Shown here: piece by piece, positions 27,301 to 35,755 of the stretch
Layout of the letters: every line of letters starts with the position of its first letter
How positions within the stretch are numbered: the stretch's first letter is position 1
Source: a virus
Length of the DNA: 64,000 nt
Strand: one strand, 5' to 3'
Virus record (IMG/VR): IMGVR_UViG_3300030012_001572
Location: 1-64,000 of that record
Notes under the pieces: model-generated
What the model saw: only the letters and a program-made list of their open reading frames with translations
The model's database searches: none
What the model was told of the DNA's origin: nothing
Translations under genes and position numbers: made by a program

Positions 27301-28730
27301 ATGAACTAGAAGAGTTCAATTTTGAACATCAAATGGATATGGAGTTATCTAAGAACTCTTTTCCATATTTCTTTCAAAATGTATTAGGTTTTGATTTTCC
27401 TCCTTATATTCAAGAATGGCATAAATTAATGAACTCTACACAAAGAACTGTAATTATTTGTTCAAGAGACCACGGAAAATCTGTATTTATGCATTCATGG
27501 GTTGTATGGAAATTAATTTTTGAAGAACCCCCATATCAAATGCTTTATATTTCTTCTAACCAAAAACAGACTTTAGTTCACATGAGAGACATTGATAAAA
27601 TGTTTCAACACCCAATGCTTAAAAAGTTTAAACCCGCAAGAGGTTGGGCTATTGGAAACATTACATTAACTAATGGCAATCAAATACTTGAAAGGTCGGT
27701 TGGTTCACAGATTCGTGGATTACACCCTCAAGAGATTGTTATTGACGACCCTTTGAAAGAGTTTAGTATGACTGGTATTCAAAAGGTTACTGATTGGTTT
27801 TATGGCGACATGATACCAACACTTCACCATACGGCTTCATTGAGGGTAATAGGAACTCCGTTTAGTTATACTGACATTTATCAGCAATTAGCAGAAAATC
27901 CAGCATATACTGTAAACACTTATCCATGCCTCAATGCCCTCAATGAACCCCTTTGGCCTGAAAGATGGAACTATGAAGCATTAATGGCAAGAAAAGCAGA
28001 AGTAGGTTCATTGATGTTTACAAGAGAATATATGTGTGTTCCTATTTCAACAGGAACTTCTCTCTTTAATCCCGAACATTTAGATAATGCTAAGAATAAA
28101 GATTTAGTCTTAAAACCAATGAAAAGAGAAGGATATAAATATTTTATTGGTATTGACCCTGCTATTTCTACTGATGGTGACTACAATGTAATTACTGTTA
28201 TTGAAATGGATGCTGAAGAAAATAAATCAATAGTTTATGTAGATAGGTCTAAGAATGTTCAGTTTAGAGAGAACATACAAAAGGTAAAACTTTTAGGTCA
28301 AGTATTTAGACCAGAAGTTATTTTGTTTGAAACAAATACATTTGCTAAATCTTTTACACAAGAATTGCGCCAAGTCGCTGACTTAAATGTGCATGATTTT
28401 AATACTACTCGTAGAAAGAAACAAGAAATAATTTTAAACTTGCAAATGACTTTAGAAAATGGTAAAATGAATTTTCCATACGGTAATGAAGAAAGTAGAA
28501 AAGTAACTTCTGTTTTAGTTGAAGAACTATCTATGTTTGCTATTACAGACAAAGGAAAGTTTGAGGGAATAGGGGCGCATGACGATATGGTTATGAGTCT
28601 TGCTTTAGCGAATGCGGCCACTTACCAAGCGTCAGAAACCTTCATACTCCTTGATGATTTAGGTTTGTTTGACGATGATTCAAATGCCGTAAAACGGCCA
28701 GTAAAGAACGCCATAGGTCTTAATTTTTGA
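27297..28730 (+). CDS. terL: Terminase large subunit
   Basis: Walker A SRDHGKS, Walker B IVIDD, coupling motif IGTP, RNase H-like GIDPA and HDDMVM. Confidence 0.95.
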   Translation: MNELEEFNFEHQMDMELSKNSFPYFFQNVLGFDFPPYIQEWHKLMNSTQRTVIICSRDHGKSVFMHSWVVWKLIFEEPPYQMLYISSNQKQTLVHMRDIDKMFQHPMLKKFKPARGWAIGNITLTNGNQILERSVGSQIRGLHPQEIVIDDPLKEFSMTGIQKVTDWFYGDMIPTLHHTASLRVIGTPFSYTDIYQQLAENPAYTVNTYPCLNALNEPLWPERWNYEALMARKAEVGSLMFTREYMCVPISTGTSLFNPEHLDNAKNKDLVLKPMKREGYKYFIGIDPAISTDGDYNVITVIEMDAEENKSIVYVDRSKNVQFRENIQKVKLLGQVFRPEVILFETNTFAKSFTQELRQVADLNVHDFNTTRRKKQEIILNLQMTLENGKMNFPYGNEESRKVTSVLVEELSMFAITDKGKFEGIGAHDDMVMSLALANAATYQASETFILLDDLGLFDDDSNAVKRPVKNAIGLNF

Positions 28731-28739
28731 GGTATTTAT

Positions 28740-30101
28740 ATGACAGAACAAGCAGACAAATACCGACAAGCGGCTCAACAAATGGAGAGATTAGCCGAAT
28801 TAGATGAAGAAGAAGAAAATATGAAGGATTCTATTCAAAGTCAATTAGGAATAGAATTAAAGTTTATTTTTACTGATAGTGCGGTGTTATCTGAGCATGA
28901 AGAAATATCTAAAATTTCTGAAGTGTATGGATTAAATGCTACTCAGGCAAGAAAAGAATTGAATGTTTTTCCTGATAAATATGTTATTCAAGACCATAGC
29001 ATACCTGACTTGGTTAGAAAAATGAGAAAGGCTCGTCGAAAATTAAAAGGGGAGCAACGAGATAAAATGCTAAAGGCCATTAATACTATGATTGATGCTT
29101 ATTCAGACCATTTAAATAAGTGCATTGATTCTATTACATGGCTTACTGATTATACTATACCTCTTAAAAAGATGAGATATAATGAAAAAGATTTACATAA
29201 ATTATATACAATGAAAAGTGTTGATGAAAGAAGGGAAGTTGTAGATTCTCTTTGCAAATACTGGGAAGCAGAATTAAAACAAACTAACATGGCTTATGGT
29301 AAAGAATATAGTGATTTGCATAAGGAAATGAAAACTGCAAAGAAAGAATTTAGAGATTCATTGGCAAAGGTTTCTAATCAATCTATTACTAAGTCCAAAA
29401 AAGAAAGACAACATGATTTTATTTTAAAAACTGTTTGTGAAAATCCAGGAATTAATGCTAAAATGATTCATGAAAAAATGCCAACGCCTTTATTTAAAAT
29501 ATCTTCTCCTAATTCTATCTCACAAGCGATTAAAAAATTAGACATTATTTCATTGAAAGGTAGTTTTTACAAAGCACCTTCTATGTTAAAGAAAAACATT
29601 TGGGCTTATACTGCCGCATTTATTGACTCCGATGGATATATTACATTAGACCGCAATATGAATCCTAGAGTCGGATTAGTTGCAACAGGACAAAGAGGCC
29701 GAGCATTTATGGAACAAATGCATAAATCAATAGGTTTTGGAAGAATGCACTTAGACCAAAAATCTCCGCAAGATACTAGACTAATTAATAGATTAAACTT
29801 TTATTCTCAGGCAGATGTAACAGAATTATTAACCAAGTGCTTACCTCATTTTAGATTGAAAAAAGGTAATGCTAAATTATTACTTGAATTAATCCGCATG
29901 AAGAAGTCTTACAAAAAAGCCGATTGGTATAAGCAAAGATGTGATGAAATTTTTAAATTAATGAAATGGGAAAATCATAAAGACCATGTTGGGTTTGATT
30001 GGTTAAAAGAAGGAATTTATCTTGATGATATTCAAAAATACAAAGATAATTGTAAAATGTCTGTTATGGATTCGTTAGAACAAATAGGAACGGTGATTTA
30101 A
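28740..30101 (+). CDS. Helical and wHTH protein with C-terminal LAGLIDADG endonuclease-like domain
   Basis: AYTAAFIDSDGYITL; ILKTVCENPGINAKMIHE wHTH-like segment. Confidence 0.75.
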   Translation: MTEQADKYRQAAQQMERLAELDEEEENMKDSIQSQLGIELKFIFTDSAVLSEHEEISKISEVYGLNATQARKELNVFPDKYVIQDHSIPDLVRKMRKARRKLKGEQRDKMLKAINTMIDAYSDHLNKCIDSITWLTDYTIPLKKMRYNEKDLHKLYTMKSVDERREVVDSLCKYWEAELKQTNMAYGKEYSDLHKEMKTAKKEFRDSLAKVSNQSITKSKKERQHDFILKTVCENPGINAKMIHEKMPTPLFKISSPNSISQAIKKLDIISLKGSFYKAPSMLKKNIWAYTAAFIDSDGYITLDRNMNPRVGLVATGQRGRAFMEQMHKSIGFGRMHLDQKSPQDTRLINRLNFYSQADVTELLTKCLPHFRLKKGNAKLLLELIRMKKSYKKADWYKQRCDEIFKLMKWENHKDHVGFDWLKEGIYLDDIQKYKDNCKMSVMDSLEQIGTVI

Positions 30102-30242
30102 ATAGCCACTTATTGTGGCATATGTTATTCAACAGGTGAAACATATCCTTTCGGGTTTTGTAAAAAATGCTGGATTAAAAACGGAAAACCAAAAAGAATG
30201 GATGGAACAAGTAATCCAATAGGTGAACATGATGATAATTAA
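30102..30242 (+). CDS. 46 aa Zn-finger protein, probable ATA start
   Basis: GGTGA RBS then ATA-GCC; (M)ATYCGICYSTGETYPFGFCKKCW; fills the gap exactly. Confidence 0.6.
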   Translation: MATYCGICYSTGETYPFGFCKKCWIKNGKPKRMDGTSNPIGEHDDN

Positions 30243-30480
30243 AAGCATGAGTTGGAGAGAACTCCATAGGGGAATAGTTTCGGATGAATTACCTGAAAAT
30301 AGAGCAAAATATGTTAGATTTACTAATCTTGCTAGTATTAATAAAAGAATGGTTATATATTATTTAAAGAGAGGTTATCAAAGACCTGAATTAAGAAATT
30401 CACTTTTAAAGGGAATTTTAGATGAAATGCTTCGTTCAAGTAATGAAAGATATGACATAGAGGATAGAGGGCAACCATAA
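30223..30480 (+). CDS. Hypothetical protein
   Basis: 85 aa ORF; start uncertain. Confidence 0.65.
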   Translation: MNMMIIKSMSWRELHRGIVSDELPENRAKYVRFTNLASINKRMVIYYLKRGYQRPELRNSLLKGILDEMLRSSNERYDIEDRGQP

Positions 30481-30532
30481 CCGAAGCGTTCATAGGCGAG
30501 AATAGCATAGGCGATAAATAGGGGGTGTAAGC

Positions 30533-32173
30533 ATGGCAAGTGAAAAAAGAAGATTTTCCTTTACTAACTTATTTAGGCGACAAACTCCCAAACCTGCGGA
30601 TAGAACAGTCTATAATATGGGTATTCAAGAAAGAGAAAACCGTCATATGATGACTGGCCCATTACTGTATAATATTATGAATCAATCAGTAATAGGTAGA
30701 ACTTGTATTACTCAATTAAAACAAGAAGTTTTTCGTAGAGGGTATATTTGGGAAAAAGCCTATGAAGCAAGATGTAATGATTGTGGAAAAGAACATAAAA
30801 GACCTGTTCAAGAATGCGCTCGTTGTGGAAGCACTAATTTAAAAATACCTGATGAAAAACAATTAGAATATGCTGAAAAGTTTATTGAAGGTTATGTTAA
30901 TAATTCTGAACAATTATTTATTGATGTATTACAGGAACTAGAGGATGATTTAAACATTATGGACGATGCTTACATTGTCATGGTTAAAGAGTATTTCTTG
31001 GACGGTAATCAAGATATAAGAATGCATAGGATAAAAGAATTATATAGGGGCGACCCAGTAACTATGTTTATTTATACTGATGAATTAGGACAAAGAGGGA
31101 CTAAAGGATTTACTTGTGTAAATCATAGAAATGCCTTGCATACCGAACCTCATCAGCCTTGTGATATTTGCGGAGCAAAAACATTTCCTGTTCATTATGT
31201 TAATAGAGCAAACGGTGAAGAACAGTATTTCTTGCAAGGAGAAGTTCTTCATTTCAGTAAATATAGCCCTTCAAGACTCTATGGACAATCACCAGTCGTT
31301 ACTTTATTTAATGCTATTATGACATTAATTGCTATGGAAAACTATGTTAATTCATCTTATACTAAGAGTCGTATGCCAAGAGGATTACTCGCAGTTCAAA
31401 CAAGAAATATGGATTCAATGCGTTCTTTTTGGAGGGGTGTAAAAGAAAAAATGGAAGCAGACCCTCATTTTATTCCTGTTATGGGGATAGAAGCAGAAGG
31501 CGGAAAGGGTGCGGTTGAATGGATTAAATTCATGGATAGCCTAAAAGAAATGGATTATGTTTCTGTTAAGGATGATTTAAGAGATAGAATTTCTGCATTT
31601 TTTGGAGTAAGTAAAGTGTTTATGGCTGATAATACAACAAGCGGTGGATTAAACAATGAAGGTATGCAAATTCTTGTTACAAATAGAGCCGTTCAAAAAG
31701 CACAAACTGTCTATAATAATTATGTTTTCCCATTCCTTGTAAAACAATTTGGTATTACTGATTGGAATTTAAAACTACCACCGAGCGAAGAAGAAGATGA
31801 AATTGCTGTTCTTCGTAAAAGAGAAATTGAAGTTAATATTGCTGCTTCTGTTAAGAATTTAGGATTTGAAGTAGATATGGATGAAGAAGGTCAATTTACT
31901 TTCAAAAAGCCCGAACCTAAAGAAAAACCTGAAGGGGAAGGAGAAGAAGATAAACCAGTAGATAAAGACCCTTATGCGGGAACTAATATTGATGCTTCGC
32001 AATTAGGACAAATGCAGGAACAAGCATTACAGGGAAGTAAGCCGCAACAGAACCCTGCGACAACTAGAAATAAGCCTTCTATGAATCAAGGCCCAGACAA
32101 GAGACTAACAGGATTACCGTTAGATGCGGGAAATCAGAATAACGATAAAAGAACCGAAAGGAGAGTGGGTTAA
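30533..32173 (+). CDS. Portal protein with Zn-ribbon insertions
   Basis: Follows TerL; EVLHF...RLYGQSP, MPRGLL and ISAFFGV portal-like motifs; CNDC/CARC and CVNH/CDIC inserts. Confidence 0.88.
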   Translation: MASEKRRFSFTNLFRRQTPKPADRTVYNMGIQERENRHMMTGPLLYNIMNQSVIGRTCITQLKQEVFRRGYIWEKAYEARCNDCGKEHKRPVQECARCGSTNLKIPDEKQLEYAEKFIEGYVNNSEQLFIDVLQELEDDLNIMDDAYIVMVKEYFLDGNQDIRMHRIKELYRGDPVTMFIYTDELGQRGTKGFTCVNHRNALHTEPHQPCDICGAKTFPVHYVNRANGEEQYFLQGEVLHFSKYSPSRLYGQSPVVTLFNAIMTLIAMENYVNSSYTKSRMPRGLLAVQTRNMDSMRSFWRGVKEKMEADPHFIPVMGIEAEGGKGAVEWIKFMDSLKEMDYVSVKDDLRDRISAFFGVSKVFMADNTTSGGLNNEGMQILVTNRAVQKAQTVYNNYVFPFLVKQFGITDWNLKLPPSEEEDEIAVLRKREIEVNIAASVKNLGFEVDMDEEGQFTFKKPEPKEKPEGEGEEDKPVDKDPYAGTNIDASQLGQMQEQALQGSKPQQNPATTRNKPSMNQGPDKRLTGLPLDAGNQNNDKRTERRVG

Positions 32174-32487
32174 TGAATTGGTTAGATATTTTAAAGTTTA
32201 AGAGGGATTTCAAAGATTTGCGACAATTAAGAGAAGAAGGTCTTAGAAGCGGAGCAAGACAAAGAACCGCTAATAAGGTTCTTGGAGATATTTCAAGAGA
32301 ACCTAAAGGAGCAAGAACTGGAGATATTACTCAAATGCGAGAAGAAAAAGAAATGGACGATGAACTCGCTGAAATGACAAGAAGTGATTTAATGGAAGTA
32401 GTTATGGAAAGAATTGCTCAAATGTCCAAAGAAGATTTAATTAATATGCTAGTTAGAACTAGAGGTGAATTGGGGGAAAAGGTATGA
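32173..32487 (+). CDS. Hypothetical protein with tag
   Basis: MNWLDILKF. Confidence 0.8.
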   Translation: MNWLDILKFKRDFKDLRQLREEGLRSGARQRTANKVLGDISREPKGARTGDITQMREEKEMDDELAEMTRSDLMEVVMERIAQMSKEDLINMLVRTRGELGEKV

Positions 32488-32708
32488 CAGAAGACAATAG
32501 ACAAAAAGAAATTAGGTTGAAAAAGGAATTGGCTCAATTAAGAGCCATGAATGCAAACGCTGATGCAAAACTAAAACCTTCAAAGGATTTTAGTGTGGGT
32601 ATTCCCCAAGATACATCAGTTAAAAAGAAATTACATTCATCAGATGTTCCTGATGTAGTTTTACTACCACCTAGTAAAAGAGGAAAGAAAGAAAATATTC
32701 CATTTTAA
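32484..32708 (+). CDS. Hypothetical protein
   Basis: 74 aa, coupled ORF. Confidence 0.7.
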   Translation: MTEDNRQKEIRLKKELAQLRAMNANADAKLKPSKDFSVGIPQDTSVKKKLHSSDVPDVVLLPPSKRGKKENIPF

Positions 32709-32717
32709 GGTGATTGA

Positions 32718-34415
32718 ATGTTGTTTGAGTTATCTAAAAACAAAACTTTACTTAGCATACTAAGTAAAGCAGATTTAGATGAAAAAACAAGTAAATTAGT
32801 TAAAAGTAATGCTAATGCTACTGAAATCAAAAAGTCTTTGATAGAAAATATTAACTCTAAAAATATTGTCGCTTATAGAAAATATATTTTAAAAGCGGAG
32901 GAAGAAGAAGAATCGCTTCGTGAGAAAGAAGAAAAACAAACTACTGATATTCAAAGGAAAAAATTAATTAGTCTTCTTGCAGAAAAAGATAATGTTTCAG
33001 AAGAAGAAGTTGATGATTCCTTAATTCCTGAAGATAAAAAAGCAGCAAGCAGGTTAATTAGAGAATTAACTAGAGAAATAAGAACACAGAAAGATATAGG
33101 TGTTGATGAAGAAGTTGAAGAAACTTCTGAACTTACTACTGATACTGAAGCACAAGCAAAGGTTTCTGCATCTGAAGATGATAAACAAAGAAAATTAGAA
33201 AAGAAAAAGAAAGTTGCTATTAGAAGTGTAAATAAAGCACAGGCTTACCAATCAGAAGTAAAGGAATTAGTAAGTAAATTAGATTTTTCAGTAGAAAATA
33301 ATAAAGTAACTGTTAATCGTTTAGCGGAATATCAAAAGTTTGGAAACAATATTACTGAATCAAATGAAGTTATTTCTTTAGTTATGCTCTACGAAGGTGA
33401 TGAAAATTATTTAAGCAATAGATATGCAGAATTATTAGAAAATTTTGGTGATAAATTTCAAAATGTATTACTACCTTATTCAGAAAATGAAAGTGGACAA
33501 ATGATTCCACAAACTAAAAAAGCAATATTTGTTAATAACTTAGATGAAAGATGGGCGGAATTAACAAAACCCACCTATAAAGGAGTTAAGTTATCTGATA
33601 TTCTAAAAGAAATGCATCGTAAAAGACATGGTAGGCAGCCTATTGTTGATAGGAAAGATAAACAAAGAAAAGAAGAATTACAAAGACTTCAAAGGTTTAT
33701 TACAGGACAGTCTCCAAGAGATGCGACTAAGTTTAAAAAGTTAGAATCAAAGGTAAAATCTATTGGTAATAGATTAGTTTCCAATCGCTCTAGGAAATTA
33801 GCCATTCAGGATAAAATTAAAGAACTTCAAGGATTAGATGTAGAAAAGATTATTACTAGAAAGATAAGGCAAATAACATCAGGAATTAACAATTTAAAAG
33901 GAGTAAAACAAATTCAAGAGGCTATGGCAAGTGTTAAAGATATTAGGGAAAATCCTGATAAATATATACAAGAATTTACTGATGAATTAAATGAGCAAAT
34001 CGAAACAGAAAGAGAAAAACTTAATGTTATTCAATCTGAAATAGATAAGTTAGAAAAAATGACTCCTGTTTTAAAAAGAGTTCGCAGGGCTTTGGGTCAA
34101 ATAGATACCTTAAGATTCCAAACAGGTAATGAACCAGCAGGAGAAGTTAAAAGAATATTAGGCAGATTATTTGTTCATGTGGTTCGCTTAGAAAGAACAA
34201 CTAGAAAATTAGAAAATATATCTAATAGTGTAGATGATAAAACAGATGATATATTACAAGGACTTGAGAGGGGAGAAACAATCAACATAGGAGATATTGT
34301 TGATTATGATTCAGTTAGCAGTTTACAGCGTCTTAGGGAATCTTTTGATTTAGAAAGAGAAAATATAGATTCAATTATGAATGAATACGATAACTTGGTA
34401 GGTGTGGAAGAATGA
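32718..34415 (+). CDS. Coiled-coil hypothetical protein
   Basis: 565 aa, K/E-rich. Confidence 0.85.
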   Translation: MLFELSKNKTLLSILSKADLDEKTSKLVKSNANATEIKKSLIENINSKNIVAYRKYILKAEEEEESLREKEEKQTTDIQRKKLISLLAEKDNVSEEEVDDSLIPEDKKAASRLIRELTREIRTQKDIGVDEEVEETSELTTDTEAQAKVSASEDDKQRKLEKKKKVAIRSVNKAQAYQSEVKELVSKLDFSVENNKVTVNRLAEYQKFGNNITESNEVISLVMLYEGDENYLSNRYAELLENFGDKFQNVLLPYSENESGQMIPQTKKAIFVNNLDERWAELTKPTYKGVKLSDILKEMHRKRHGRQPIVDRKDKQRKEELQRLQRFITGQSPRDATKFKKLESKVKSIGNRLVSNRSRKLAIQDKIKELQGLDVEKIITRKIRQITSGINNLKGVKQIQEAMASVKDIRENPDKYIQEFTDELNEQIETEREKLNVIQSEIDKLEKMTPVLKRVRRALGQIDTLRFQTGNEPAGEVKRILGRLFVHVVRLERTTRKLENISNSVDDKTDDILQGLERGETINIGDIVDYDSVSSLQRLRESFDLERENIDSIMNEYDNLVGVEE

Positions 34416-34771
34416 CATGGGATTTTTACGGAGATGGAGAAGAATTTATTCTTAAAGAAAAGAAAAAAGAATCTCCTAAAGATATTTTAGATTCTATGGA
34501 TTCTAAGCAAAGAAAGAAGTTAAAAAAGACTTTACAGGCTGCTGAACCGACTGAATTTTTTGGACAAGACTTTACTAAATTAGGTGAACTAATATCTGTT
34601 TTGAGACAATTAGACTTAATGAAATCAGATAAGAAGTTAAATAAGAAAATGAAGTCAATGGATGAAAGGAATATTGATATAGTGGCTACTGCTACCAAAC
34701 TTCGTAAAGAGTATGAACTTCTCTATCGTCAATTAAGGGATTTAATCTATCCTAAAGGTAAAAAGAAATAA
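34412..34771 (+). CDS. Hypothetical protein
   Basis: 119 aa; MTWDFY...FILKE. Confidence 0.8.
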   Translation: MTWDFYGDGEEFILKEKKKESPKDILDSMDSKQRKKLKKTLQAAEPTEFFGQDFTKLGELISVLRQLDLMKSDKKLNKKMKSMDERNIDIVATATKLRKEYELLYRQLRDLIYPKGKKK

Positions 34772-34780
34772 GGTGAGTAT

Positions 34781-34993
34781 ATGAGTTGGTGGAATATAAT
34801 TAAAGCAAGAGGAATTGGTGGTGGCCCACCTAAAGATAGAAAGAGAAAGCCTAGATATGGAACTACTACTCCAAAAGGTTCTTATTATGATAGACTCAAT
34901 AAATTAGTTAATCGTATGCTTTCAGGTAAAATTTCTGAAGCAGAATACAAAAAAGAAAAAGAAAAACTTGAAAAGGAAAGGGATGAGAAGTGA
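34781..34993 (+). CDS. Small basic protein with tag and SHOCT-like C-terminus
   Basis: MSWWNIIKA; LSGKISEAEYKKEKEKL. Confidence 0.75.
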   Translation: MSWWNIIKARGIGGGPPKDRKRKPRYGTTTPKGSYYDRLNKLVNRMLSGKISEAEYKKEKEKLEKERDEK

Positions 34994-35229
34994 GTGAAGA
35001 AACATCTATTAATCAAGAATTACTCGCTATTATTAAGGCATTAAGTGATAAAGTAGAAAGCCTTGAAAAAGCAGTTTACAATAAAGACAATCTATTAATG
35101 AAATCAGGATTTGTTGTAGCAAACAGCCCTACTCCTGCTATGGTTGGTGTTGTTGGTGGTAAATCTCCCGATAATGTAGAAAACATGGAATGGTCTGAAA
35201 TTCATAAAATGGTAGCCAGTTTGGAGTGA
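34990..35229 (+). CDS. Small coiled-coil protein sharing its C-terminus with the protease-scaffold
   Basis: ENMEWSEIHKMV vs AEMDWSDIHKMV. Confidence 0.8.
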   Translation: MSEETSINQELLAIIKALSDKVESLEKAVYNKDNLLMKSGFVVANSPTPAMVGVVGGKSPDNVENMEWSEIHKMVASLE

Positions 35230-35234
35230 TTTAA

Positions 35235-35750
35235 ATGCCTGAAAGAGTAACAAAAGAAGAAAGATTAGTAAGCATGGTTATTGAAAAAGCAAGAGAAGTA
35301 AAAGAATTACTTCATCTCTCTTTAAATGATAATAATAGAAGTCCTATTGATGACAAGTCTGAAGTATTTAAATTAAAAAGACCGAAGGCTGAGAACTATA
35401 CTGCTAAATTCCAAGCAAATAAAGGGCCAATAAATGAACATGGTTTTGCAGGAGAAACTTACGATTTTAAAAAGGCTATTTCTTTAATGAAGGCTATTCT
35501 CAAAGAAGACATGGATAATCCTTTTTTGAATCAAGAAAGAAAGAGACAAGCGATTGCTGACCTTGAAGCAACAGAAAAAGAATTAGACGACCTGCAACAG
35601 ATGTTTAGGTCGGGCATGAATCAAGTAGAGTTTCAAGAAAAGTTTGGTGCTATGTTAAGAAGATTAACTGAAATGCAACAAATGTTAGGTGGACAACCTA
35701 ATAAAGACCCTGCCGTTCCCCTTCTCCCTCAACAGAATAAATACCGCTAA
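35235..35750 (+). CDS. Hypothetical protein
   Basis: 171 aa; VIEKA, FKKA and LMKA motifs. Confidence 0.8.
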   Translation: MPERVTKEERLVSMVIEKAREVKELLHLSLNDNNRSPIDDKSEVFKLKRPKAENYTAKFQANKGPINEHGFAGETYDFKKAISLMKAILKEDMDNPFLNQERKRQAIADLEATEKELDDLQQMFRSGMNQVEFQEKFGAMLRRLTEMQQMLGGQPNKDPAVPLLPQQNKYR

Positions 35751-35755
35751 TTGGG

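Noticed and set aside
12721-34993. WxxILK tag as a secretion signal or a DNA-level repeat
   Set aside because: No hydrophobic h-region, and synonymous codons vary freely, so it is neither a signal peptide nor a nucleotide repeat
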